Below are positions 25,983 to 37,410 of a stretch of DNA of 64,000 nt, in pieces. The stretch is from the NCBI RefSeq assembly GCF_963921235.1, contig NC_086097.1, positions 161,264,001-161,328,000 on the forward strand, in the 5' to 3' direction. The notes beneath the pieces are model-generated. The model ran no database searches, was not told the origin of the DNA, and saw nothing but the letters and a program-made list of their open reading frames with translations. Origin of the DNA: Mobula hypostoma. Its lineage: Eukaryota. A program made the translations under genes and the position numbers. Position 1 is the stretch's first letter. Every line of letters starts with the position of its first letter.

Positions 25983-26635
25983 AACTGAAGGAAGAGTGAG
26001 TAAGAGATTTGAAAGTTGAAGGGGGAGGAATGGAGCCAAGAGCTGGACAGGTGATTGGCAAAAGGGATACGAGAGGATCATGGGACAAGAGGTCCGGGAA
26101 GAAAGACAAGTGGGGGGGGGTGGAAACCCAGAGGATGGGCAAGGGGTATATTCAGAGGGACAGAGGGAGAAAAAGGAGAGTGAGAGAAAGAATGTGTGTA
26201 TAAAAATAAGTAACAGATGGGGTACGAGGGGGAGGTGGGGCATTAGTGGAAGTTAGAGAAGTCGATGTTCATGTCATCAGGTTTCCGTCTGGGTAGCCTC
26301 CAACCTGATGGCATGAACATTGACTTCTCTAACTTCCGCTAATGCCCCAGCTCCCCCTCGTACCCCATCTGTTACTTATTTTTATACACACATTCTTTCT
26401 CTCACTCTCCTTTTTCTCCCTCTGTCCCTCTGAATATACCCCTTGCCCATCCTCTGGGTTCCCCCATCCTTGTCTTTCTTCCCAGACCTCCTGTCCCATG
26501 ATCCTCTCGTATCCCTTTTGCCAATCACCTGTCCAGCTCTTGGCTCTATCCCTCCCCCTCCTGTCTTCTCCTATCATTTTGGATCTCCCCCTCCCCCTCC
26601 AACTTTCAAATCTCTTACTAACTCTTCCTTCAGTT

Positions 26636-26671
26636 AGTCCTGACGAAGGGTCTCGGCCTGAAACGTCGACT
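26636..26671 (+). ncRNA. Minimal type I hammerhead ribozyme motif (right arm)
   Basis: AGTC (stem I), CTGACGA, AGG..CCT (stem II), GAAAC, GTC, GACT (stem I'). Stem III is reduced to the palindrome ACGT. Confidence 0.75.
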
Positions 26672-27454
26672 GCACCTCTTCCTAGAGATGCTGCCTGGCC
26701 TGCTGCGTTCACAGCAACTTTGATGTGTGTTGTTCAGAATTCTGAGGGTAGGATTCAGTCAGGGTTAAGAACCTGCAAACAGACAGAAAACGGAGAGCAA
26801 GAATATATTGGTCATTTTGAGTTGGGAGGTTCTAACTGTGGTTTGGTTTGGATAAGGGGATTGAAGGTTGAAGTATCTCCAAGTTTGTTGATGAGATAGA
26901 GCTAAGTAAAACCCTAGGTTGTGAGGTTGACACAGAAAGGGGATATAGACAAGTTAAATAAATGGCAAGGACACAACAGGTGGAATATGCTGTGGAAGAT
27001 GATAAGGAAAATGTAACAAGACAGAGTACTTCTTAACTGATGAGGGGTCAAAAGCTCTCAACTGTTCAGAAATGGAAACAGGTTTACATAGCTGTTTCCA
27101 TGACCCCAGTAAGATCATAGCTGATTTATTACTTACTATCACTCTGCTTCTATGTCATATGTTCTTTTGTTCTTCTGTGATTTATCATCCTTTCCCTTAA
27201 GAAAATTGAAATAGGCTATCCCATCAGGAGTAATTCCCAGCAGGCATTACTTCTAGGTTCCAAAAGACGTGCAATGGCATGTTAATCTCCAGTGGAATTT
27301 TGACTTGCAAAGCATTCAATTTTGAATATATGTGCAATCCAAAAGTACGAACAATAATTGGCTGAATGGCATCTTCTTAAAATGTTCTTTTTTCCACAAT
27401 GAGAACATTGCAGACAAGGACAGCACCTATTGTCTTTCATGAATTCTTAGCTTC

Positions 27455-28299
27455 TGGTCGAGATGGCGCCAGGCTGTGACCTCCATTGAGGTCATGGTTT
27501 AGACTTAGTTGCTTTTAAGTTCGTAGAGATGGTTTTGGAGAAAGAGGGGTATTAGCGGTCAGGTTAGGATGTAGGGACAAGTATGTGGGGAGTTAGAGGT
27601 CATGCCAGAGTCTGGGCCTCCACTCCACACTCCACATGCGAAAGCCAGCAACAACATGGATGAAGGACATCTATGGACCAATTTCAGGCCTGCAAGCGCT
27701 GTGGACAAAGACCAGAAAAGACAAGGGGCAGGTGTCCTCTCAACCCAGGTCACCAAATCCCCTGCAGGATCAGCAGGATCAGATGTTCATGATTCCTTAG
27801 GTATGTGAATCTGCAAGTCTGGAGTTCGAGGCCTAGAGTACGGAGTACCATCATTGTTGAGTCCACAGTTTGAGATCTAAAGCATATGGTGCCATCATCG
27901 ACAGGTCCTGGGATCGATACTGAAGATCAAGGCCCAAAAGTTGATCAGAAGTCTGGAATTGATGCCTAATGGCTGAAGCATTGGGTCTGCAAGACCACAG
28001 GGGAAGTCGGAGGCCTGAAGTCTGTGAGTCTATGAATATAATGGAGGCTGGAGGGTGGAGGTCCAGAGGCACTGGAGGACTATCTGTGTGTGTAGTTGTG
28101 TGGATGAGTGGATGGGAGGGAGGAAAGGGACTTACTTTGCTGTTGCTGTTGTTCTGCTGAACTATGTTTGCACTGGAGTGTGTGGCAACACCCGAGGGCT
28201 CCCCGTATCATATCCTTAGTTTATGCTGTTTACTAGAACAAACGACACATTTCATTGTATGGTTTGATATACATGTGATAAATGAATAAATCTGAATCT
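27455..28299 (+). mobile_element. Non-autonomous retroelement (GATGGCG head, Rex1-like tail) inserted in an old LINE
   Basis: 5' GAGATGGCGCC, 3' ATGTGATAAATGAATAAATCTGAATCT. The flanks rejoin as an old minus-strand LINE end (about 27390-27445 and 28300-28620). Confidence 0.55.
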
Positions 28300-28679
28300 A
28301 ATTGTCGTTGAGAAGTGAGTCAGCTTAGTAAATCATTGAAATGCTGTTAGGTTGTGCGTTCTGGAGGTTAGACCCAGCAATGATTAAGAGGCAGTGAGCT
28401 ATTTCCAAGTCAGGATGGTGCATGTCTTGTAGGGGAATGTGTGGGGAGTGGTGCTCCAATATGCCTGCTGTCTTTGCCCAGCCTGGTAACAGAGATTGTG
28501 GATTCAGGATGTGGCTTCAGCGTTGGCCAGGTGAGTACTTGCAGTGCACTTTATCATCGCTAAATAGTGCCAAAGACTAGGTACTGGTAGAGGAGGAATG
28601 AATGTTTTGCATGGATTTTAACGGTTGAGATGAAAAAGTCCAGGGATTGCAGGATATAAGGCACTTGCTACATGATACA

Positions 28680-29110
28680 TAGAAAGTGGGAACATGATTA
28701 GGGCCATTCAACCTTTCAGCCCAGGCCTGTTATTTAATATGAACACAGCTGATTATCCAAGTTCAATGCCTCCTTCCAGATTGCTTCCCAAATCTCCTGA
28801 TCCCTCTAACCCTAAGAAAATAAATAGCACCCTCTTGAATTAATTTATTGACTTGGCTTCAACTGATTTCTGTGGTAGAGAATTAAACATATTCACCATT
28901 CTTAAGGAGGAGAAATTTATCCTTCTCTCAGTCTTATGCGGCTTCAATGGCTTTCCATATATACAACGGTTCCTGCTTTTAAATTCCCCCTTCAATAAAA
29001 ACATTATTCTTGCATCAAATCTATCCAGTCCTGTTAGAATTTTGAGATTTCCCCCTCATTGCTCTAAAGTCTAATGACTATAAGTCTAATTGATTCAATC
29101 TCCCCTCAGG
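28680..29110 (-). mobile_element. Old CR1 3' fragment
   Basis: Reverse complement similar to the CR1 at 40977-41497. Confidence 0.55.
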
Positions 29111-29219
29111 ATCAGGGCAATGGATTACTTCTGTCTCTTCTGGAATATGCATTTGCCAAGAAAGGAATGTGGTGTTCTTTGTCAGAAGAGTTGCATAGTG
29201 CTGGACTTTGTGCTGTCTG

Positions 29220-30170
29220 GGTTGTCCTTAGGGACACACCTAGTGGGATGGCATGATGACAACAACCTTTCCCTTAGTATCAGCAAAACAAAAGAGATGG
29301 TAATTGATTTCAAGAAGCACCTGCTCCTGTTTACATCAATGGTGCTGAGGTGGAGTAAGTTGTGTGCTTCAGATTCCAAGCTGTGAACATCATCAGCAGC
29401 TTTTCCTGGTCCAACCACATAGACATCATGACCAATAAAGTGCATCAGGACCTTTAATTCCTCAGGAACAGAAGGAAAATTGCCCCCTTCAGAACTAGAA
29501 TTAGAATCAAAATCAAGTTTAATATCACCGGCATATGTCGCGAAATTTGTTAGTTTTAATGTAAATTAAATAAGTAGTGCAAAAAGAGAGCAAATAATAG
29601 TGAGATGGTGTTCGTGGTTTGGTTCATCAGCCATTCGGAAATCTGATGGTGGAGGGGAACAATGTGTTCCTAGAGCATTGAGGGTGTGCCTTCAGACTCC
29701 TTCACATCCACTCTGAGGGTAACAATGAGAAAAAGTGATGAGAGGGTCATTAATGATGGTTGCTGCCTTTTTGAGGCATTGTCTTTTGAAGATGTCCTCG
29801 ATGCTGGGGAGGCAAGTGCTCATGATGGTGCTGGCTGAGTTTGCAAACTTCTACCTCACAATCTACTGAATCATAAACACCATAAATGCAAGAGACCCTG
29901 CAGATGCTGGAAATCCAGAGAAATGCAAACAAAGTGCTGGAAGAACACATGGAATGTGAATGGGGACAGAGTTCATCACGGCCTTGCACTTTATTGTCTG
30001 CCTCATTGCACTTTCTCTGCAACTGTAATACCTGTGCTATATTAAGCATTCTATTATTGCTTTCCCCATTGTGCTAATGTGATGAAATGATCTGTACAGA
30101 TGGCATGCAAAGCAAGGTTTTCCACTGTACATCACAAGATATGACAATAATAAAACAATCATCAATTAAG
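29220..30170. mobile_element. Cluster of Rex1/Babar fragments (+ 29220-29480; - 29495-29860; + tail 29980-30170) with a PLE end remnant at about 29880-29960
   Basis: WHDDNNLSLSISKTKEMVIDFKK (ORF 29090-29386), AGAATTAGAATC tail, CTGCAGATGCTGGAAATC. Confidence 0.65.
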
Positions 30171-30722
30171 ACCAACAGAAGCTCTGTGAAAGACTCTCCC
30201 TGCTTTTCCCAAAACATGCCCATTTTCCAGTCCAAGCTGCTGATAAAGTCTTTTGGTACATTCTATCATCCAAAGCTACAAACTGAGAGATATGCTGAAG
30301 CTTGGTGCTTCTGTCAAAGTAGCTCTTTGGAGAAAGGCCACAGTTTAAGGCTCTTTAGCCAACACGCATTGATGGACTGGAACCTGTAAAATGAATGCAG
30401 AGTATTATATATTTGCAAACTTTATGAATAAAGGAGTATTTTTGAAATAAAAATGAAGATACCATTTCTCTACTTCTAACTTCCAACGCCATACCTTCTT
30501 CATTACACAACTTTAAAGTTCCTTGAAAAAATAAGATGATGAAGTAAGTTGTTCAGAAATCATCTGATGAGGTGGTGGACAATCAACTTAACTGTATTGC
30601 AAATTTTTTGTTACATTCACTTCTAGAATCTGGACGATAGTTATTGTCCTTGACAAGGCGAAGACAGCTTTGTGTTGAGCTATTAGTGCAAAATATCTTT
30701 GGGTGTGTTTTGTTGCATTTAG

Positions 30723-30767
30723 TGCCACCAGACAAACATCACGTGATGAGATGATGCTCCAAAAAAG
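30723..30767 (+). CDS. Candidate 45-nt host exon (phase 2-2, ATRQTSRDEMMLQK)
   Basis: Acceptor TTTTGTTGCATTTAG, strong donor AAG/GTATGA, one open frame, non-repeat context. Confidence 0.25.
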
Positions 30768-32577
30768 GTATGAGCTCTCACATTTCGTTTAACAAAACAG
30801 CTGAGGTTCTCAGACACAGAGTAGCTGGAAGAGTTGACAAACAACATTTTCTCACACACAATTGACATTCCGTTGTTAAATCTATTTAAAGCTTGACCTT
30901 GAGATACTGAGCTCGAAGTAGTATTTGACATAAGATAGCTCATTAGCTGAATTTTAGAATTTAATGTAAGTTATCAAAATCAACCACCATGTATATCTTA
31001 TGATCAAAAATTAAAATATAGCACAAAAATACATCAATGCCACTGCAAATCACATGACTATATCCTTCAATCCTGGGAAAGTATTACTTTTATATAACTA
31101 TTAAATCAGTATTATTTCTGATATCTCAGAAATGTTAAGTTTGTTTAGAATAGCAAATTAATCAATGAATTCAAAGCGAAGGTAATAAAGTCTGCCTTAA
31201 TGTGTAGTTCTACTCTGTTGTTTAATTCTCATTTTTATGTTACTTGAATATAAGGGCCAATACTAAATATGGTAACTTGTAAGATGTTGCTGCTGCTTAA
31301 CTCTTGGCTTGCGTCCATTATTTCTGTCACTATTTGCCATGACACTCTCCGAATTCCATGAGGGACATTGTGGAGACAACCTTCTCCTTCTACTCATGCA
31401 TCATTCGATAAAAAGCAATTTTCTATAGTAAGCATATTAACCCTGCTGACCTCTCATTATACAGAAAAAAGTCAATGAAGCCACCTCTGCACACTGCAAC
31501 ATGGAGCACCCAATACAAATTATTTGGAATGGATACATTATTGGTGAAACATTCATATATCACTTATCCCAGAAAACATCCAACTTTTCTCTTTTTCCCC
31601 CGTCACCTGTCACATTCCACTCTTCCCCCACCACTAACCACAACACCACACTACCCGTGCCCCCTCTATCCACAAGTTTTGAAGGCTTTGTTTGACTTAC
31701 TCCCAGACTGCTCTTTTACTGGAATCAGCTCTTGATGTGGAAATGATATTGGTCACAGCAGCTCATCTGCTGACAAACTGAACTGTTCCATCCAGAATCA
31801 GAATCAGGATTATTATCGTGAAATTTGTTAACTTATCCAGTGAAAGATCTAAGAAAGGGAAAAACTGTGCAGTCTCCAAAAGGAGAATTGCAATTAACTA
31901 TGGTAAAGGTTGTTGTTCAATGGGGCTGACAGTTTGAATGACAAAGAGACATGACAAGTAGCAGTGATGGCATTTTCTCTCCAATGACAATTAACTAGAA
32001 TAAATGTAGCATGAACATTTCCTCCTTTCTGTTTACACTCTGCACACAATAACTACCTGAACCTCCCTGTCCTGTATGATTTGTTTTTGGGATGGGTGAG
32101 TCAGTTTCTATTTCGACTCCATACACAACAATGCATTATTTCAACGAGTTTCTTTGCGTATTCGCTAATGAAAGGAGTAAATGTATAACACAGTAATACC
32201 TTTTTTCTGAATTTTGCAAGGTACTTTCAATTAAATCAATCATTATCTACTGCCTGGACAAGTACCCCATATTTTCAGTTCTGACAAGGGGTAAAGATGC
32301 TTCACTGTGCTTCACTCTCCAGGGATGCTGCCTGACCAGTTGTGTGTTTCCAATATTTTCTATATTTACCCTAGTTACATATTTTACCTTCCATCCCAAT
32401 CACCTAATTTAATTTATTGTTTTTTATCATGACCTTCCAATCCTTTATTTATCACCACTCTCCTTTGAGTTTTCTCCTTACCTCATCCTCTCAGTCTTAC
32501 TCCTTGCTTTCTCCCTACCTCCTCTCTACCATCTCTTTCCTTTTGTTGTTATGCTTTCCTTCATTCCAGATTTCTTC

Positions 32578-34015
32578 AGAATCAAAATCAGGTTTATTTT
32601 TACTGACATTGGTCATGAAATGTGTTGTTTTTGTGGCAGCAGTACCCTGAAAGACAAAAAAGTTACATTTAAAAAGATAAAATGAATAAATTGTGCAAAA
32701 GAGGAATCATGAAGTAGTGACACACACAAAAGGCTGGAGGAACACAGTATCCATGGAAATGAATAAACAGTCAACATTTCAGGCCAAGACTCTTCTTCAG
32801 GACTGTGTTCACAGGTTCAGGGGCCATACAGAAATCTAATGGCTCAGGGAATGAAGCTGTTCCTAAAACATTGAGTATGTATCTTCAAGCTTTTTTACCT
32901 CCTCCCTGATGCTAGTAATGAGAAGAGGGTGTGTCCCAGGTAGTGAAGGTCCTAAATGATGGATGCCGCCTTCTAGAGTCTTTGGTGACATAATGAACTA
33001 TAGCCACTAATGTGCCATCTTTGTGATTGTATCGATACGTTGGGCCCAGTTTAGGTTCTCTGAGATGCTGATACTCATGAATGTGAAGTTGCTCACTCGT
33101 GTAAATTAAAAATCAGAGGTTGCTATGCATATTATACCCAGTTATCACCAAAGATCATGAGTGAGACATCTAGAATAGGATGTGTTACAATACTAAAAAA
33201 TGTGTCCAACAAAACAATAATAATTTTAGATGCACAATCAATTATTAATGAAGTGATATCCTGTATGTCACTGCCATCTGTCACGAAGTGTATACCAAAG
33301 ACAGTTGCCTCTCATGGAAAATCAACCCACTGTCCAGCCCAAGCTGGAATCCAGGTAGCAATTGACAAAGAATAGAGGGTCATAGAGGGGAGAGGAGTTG
33401 GTGGGATGCAGAAAAGAAGAAAGAGGATGGCAAGCAGAGGATGAATGAAAAGAGAATAAAATAAAATGATGATTTGAGGACATAATAAAAAGGAAGAGAG
33501 GGAATGATGATGGGCCAATTAAGACTTTCGCAAATTTCTACAGATATATCGTGGAGAGCATTCTGACTTGGTTGCATTACCATCTGACATGGAGATTCCA
33601 ATGCACAGGATCGATAGAGGCTGCACGAGGTTGTAGACTCCATCAGCTCCACCATGGGCACAACCCTCTCTCCCCACCATCAAGGAAAGATTTAAAATAC
33701 AGTGCCTCAAGAAGACGGCATCCATCATTAAGACTCTCATCATCCAGAACATGCCCTCTTCTCATTACTACCTTCAGGGAGGAGGTACAGGAGCCTTAAG
33801 ATCCACTCTCAGCATAGCTTCTTTCCCTCTACCATCAGATTTCTGAATGATTCATGAATTCATGAAGACTGTCTCACTATTTTGCTCTGTTAAATCATTA
33901 TTTATTTATTTGCATTTCTTATTATAACTTACAGTATTTATGTACTGCACTGCACTGCTGCCATAAAATAACAAATTTCACTTCATATCTCAGTGATAGT
34001 AAACCTGATTCTGAT
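32578..34015. mobile_element. Two Rex1/Babar 3' fragments (- 32578-33100 with a PLE remnant at about 32720-32805; + 33520-34015)
   Basis: ESILT motif and similarity to 10480-10730 and 14815-15100; AAACCTGATTCTGA tail at about 34001-34014. Confidence 0.7.
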
Positions 34016-34863
34016 ACATTTACACTGGCACAGAGGACAGCTTTTGGCACACTGGATCTATGAGGGGCATTCGCCCTCTCCTTATTTCCCTCTACCTTCA
34101 AAATTTATTCTTTCTCAAGCATGCCCATCAAACTTTCCTTGACTATTGTTGACACTTACCCAGAACTAGGACACTTACCCACAATTTTATCTAAAGGGAG
34201 TAACAACACTCATTTGCCCCATCGTTAAAATGTTCCTTCAAGCAATGACGTTGCTTTAAGGACTCTTTATCTCAGTATCTCATGTTCTCATTATTTATTG
34301 CTATTTATTTATAATTGCATTTGCACAATTCGTTGTTTTCAGCACTCTGGTTGATCTTTCATTTGATCCTGATATAGTTACTATTCTATAGATTTGCTGA
34401 GTATGCCCATAAGAAAATGGGCATACTCAGGGTTGTATGTGGTGATATATATGTACTTTAATAACAGAATTTAATTTGTACCTTGTAATTTACAGCAACC
34501 AATGATCTTCCTACTGCAACATTCACAACACACTGGAGGAACTCAGCAGGTCGGGCAGCATCCGTGGAAACAATGAGTCAATGTTTTGGGCCGGAACCCT
34601 TTGTCAGGACTGTAGAGGCCCTATAAAGAAGGTGGGGAGAGGGTGGGAAGGAGAAGGCTGGTAGGTTCCAGGTGAAAAACCAGTAAGGGGAAAGATATAG
34701 GGGTGGGGGAAGGGAGACAGGGAGGTGATAGGCAGGAAAGGTGAAGAAAGAATAGGGGAAAACACAATGGGTAGTAGAAGGAGGCGGAACCAAGAGGGAG
34801 GAGGTAGGCAGCTGGGGGAGGGGGCAGAGTGAAACTGGAATAGGGGAAGGGAGGGGGAGGGAA

Positions 34864-35575
34864 TTACCGGAAGTTGGAGAATTCTATGTTCATACCAAGG
34901 GGCTGGAGACTACCTAGACGGTATATGAGGTGTTGCTCCTCCAACCTGAGTTTAGCCTCATCATGGCAGTAGAGGAGGCCATGCATGGACATATCTGAAT
35001 GGGAGTGGGAAGCAGAGTTGAAGTGGGTGGCTACTGGGAGATCCTGTCTGTTGTGGTGGATGGAGCGGAGGTGCTCGACGAAGCGGTCCCCCAATCTGCG
35101 TTGGGTTTCACCGATGTAGAGGAGGCCGCTCCGGGAGCACCGGATGCAATAGATGACCCCAACAGACTCACAAGTGAGGTGTTGTCTTATCTGGAAGGAC
35201 TGTTTGGGGCCCTGAATGGTGGCAAGAGAGGAGGTGTAGGGACAAGTGTAGCACTTGCACTTACAGGGATAAGTGCCAGGTGGGAGATCCGTGAGGAGGG
35301 ACGTGTGGACCAGGAAGTTGCGGAAGGACCGATCCCTGTGGAAAACAGAGAGGGGTGGAGAGGGAAAGATGTGCTTAGTGGTGAGGTCCTGTTGAAGGTG
35401 GCGGAAGTTGCGGAGGATAATGTGTTGGATCCGGAAGCTAGTGGGGTGGTAGGTGAGGACAAGGGGAACTCTGTCCCTGTTGTGGTGGCGGAAGGATGGG
35501 GTGAGAGCTGAAGTGCAGGAAATGGAGGAGATGCGGGTGAGAGCATCATTGATGACAGCAGAAGGGAAACCACGA
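34864..35575 (-). pseudogene. Penelope-like ORF C-terminus: GIY-YIG endonuclease domain
   Basis: Minus frame ..TCESVGVIYCIRCSRSGLLYIGETQRRLGDRFVEHLRSI..PVATHFN..H..RLEEQHLIYRLGSLQPLGMNIEF (VIY..YIG, catalytic R/E/N pattern). Confidence 0.85.
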
Positions 35576-35630
35576 TCATGACCGCAGAAGGGAAACCACG
35601 ATCAATGACAGCAGAAGGGAAACCACGATC
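35552..35630. repeat. 3 x 26-bp tandem repeat at the PLE inversion junction
   Basis: ATGACAGCAGAAGGGAAACCACGATC at 35552 and 35605, and at 35578 with one mismatch. Confidence 0.95.
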
Positions 35631-36734
35631 AAAGCCTCCTCTACTGCCATGATGAGGCTAAACTCAGGTTGGAGGAGCAACACCTCATATACCATCTTGG
35701 TAGTCTCCAGCCCCTTGGTATGAACATAGAATTCTCCAACTTCCGGTAATTCCCTCCCCCTCCCTTCCCCTATCCTTATGTCACTCTGCCCCCTCCCCCA
35801 GCTGCCTATCACCTCCCTCTTGGTTCCGCCTCCTTCTACTACCCATTATGTTTTCCCCTATTCTTTTTTCACCTTTCCTGCCTATCACCTCCCTGCCTCC
35901 CTTCCCCCACCCCTTTATCTTTCCCCTTACTGGTTTTTCACCTGGAACCTACCAGCCTTCTCCTTCCCACCCTCCCCCCACCTTCTTTATAGGGCCTCTG
36001 CCCCTTCCCCCTGTAGACCTGACGAAGGGTTCCGGCCCAAAATGTCGACCAATCTTTTGCACGGACGCTGCCCGACCTGCTGAGCTCCTCCAGTGTGTTG
36101 TGAGTGCTGCTTTGACCCCAGCATCTGCAGAGTATTCTGTGTTTATGATCTTCCTACTGCATGCACTACACCTTCAGGATCTGGAAGACAACTGGAGAAC
36201 CCAGAGAAACACATAAAATCACTGACAGAACTTGCGAATTTCAGTGTCAAGACCAAATCCAGGTCACTGGAGCTATGAGGCAGCAGCACCAACTCTGCAC
36301 CACTATGCCTACAAATTAGATTTCTCTCTCCTTTGGTACATTATATACAACACTGTCTCCTGCTCATTTCCTCCAAAACAAAAGAACAAACTTCTGAAAT
36401 TGGGCAAAAGTTCATTTAAAAAAATACAATGATGTCATACTTCAGACAATTGTGCTGCTTTCATTTGTAGCTCAGAGCAGAGCTCACAACCACAATGTAT
36501 TTGCCTTGACTGCTGAGAAGTGAGTCAGCATTTGGAAAACTCGTCCTCCTACACTCACAGCACAGCAGCAGAGAAAGCCACTATATAGCTAATGGAAAAT
36601 AGAGGTGAGGGGAGTGTGTGGTAATCCCTCACCAAGAGGTCATTTGACCTGCTGAGTTCCTCCAGCAATTTGTCTATTTTCACTTGGCTCAATCGATACC
36701 TTCAACTTTGCTCCTAACTTCCCAAAACACTCAT

Positions 36735-37410
36735 GGAGTTATAGAGTCATAGAGTGATATGGCTCAAAAATGGGCCCTTCACCCCAGTCTGTCCAAGCCA
36801 ACCATAATGCCTATTTATTCAAATCACGTTTGCCTCCATTATGTCCGTGCCCCTCTACTCCTTTCCAATCAAAGTACCCTTCCAAATGCCATTTAAATGC
36901 TGTAATTGTGCCTGCATCTGCCATGTAGGACAAGAGTTGGGATGTCATGACTGGTGAGACGGCACTTGGAGTATTATGTACATTTCTGGTCACTGTGCTA
37001 CAGGAAGGAGGTGACTATACTGGAAAGGGCTCAGAAAATATTCACTAATATGTTATTGGGACAGGAAGGCTTAAGTAATAGAGGCTGGATAGGTTGTTTT
37101 TTCCTCCCTGGAGCATAGGAGACTGAGTGTGACCTTCCAGAAGTCTATAAAACCATGGGGGTTGCAGCTTTTCGCCCAAGGTAAGCGAATTTAAAAGTAG
37201 AGGACATAGGCTTAAGGCAAGAGGAGCAACTTCTTCACACAGAGGGTGGAGGGTATATGGAACAAACTGCCAGAGCAATGATAGTAGCTGGTATAGTTAA
37301 GACATTTAAAATTATTTAAATAGATACATGGATTGGAAATATTTAGAGGGATATGGGTCAAATGCAGGCAATGGGATGAGCCCAGGAGACATCTTAGTCA
37401 GCATTGATAT
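36735..37410. mobile_element. Old CR1 3' fragments (- 36735-36925; + 36925-37410)
   Basis: GCACTTGGAGTATTATGTACATTTCTGGTC, CTTCTTCACACAGAGGGTGG and similar CR1-like stretches. Confidence 0.6.

Larger units (their letters stand above)
25847..26732. mobile_element. Fold-back Penelope-like insertion (two ~430-bp inverted 3' ends)
   Basis: Arms 25847-26283 (-) and 26301-26732 (+), 17-nt spacer. Perfect 14-bp TSD TTCAGAATTCTGAG (25833-25846 / 26733-26746). End of the GIY-YIG ORF (LGSLQPDGMNIDFSNFR*) near 26288-26342. Confidence 0.9.
34519..36144. mobile_element. Fold-back Penelope-like insertion with GIY-YIG endonuclease remnant
   Basis: Left arm (-) 34519-35577, right arm (+) 35634-36144. Perfect 17-bp TSD ATGATCTTCCTACTGCA (34502-34518 / 36145-36161). 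Decayed hammerheads near 34576-34611 and 36013-36050. Confidence 0.9.

Noticed and set aside
25782..26899. Duplicated ORFs MPHLPLVPHLLL / MPQLPLVPHLLL on opposite strands
   Set aside because: Translation of the inverted PLE 3' UTR arms, not genes.
34999..35511. 170-aa Val/Glu/Gly-rich ORF
   Set aside because: Antisense shadow of the PLE coding strand.
35552..35630. CRISPR-like repeat array
   Set aside because: The repeats are directly adjacent with no spacers, in a eukaryotic context with no cas genes.
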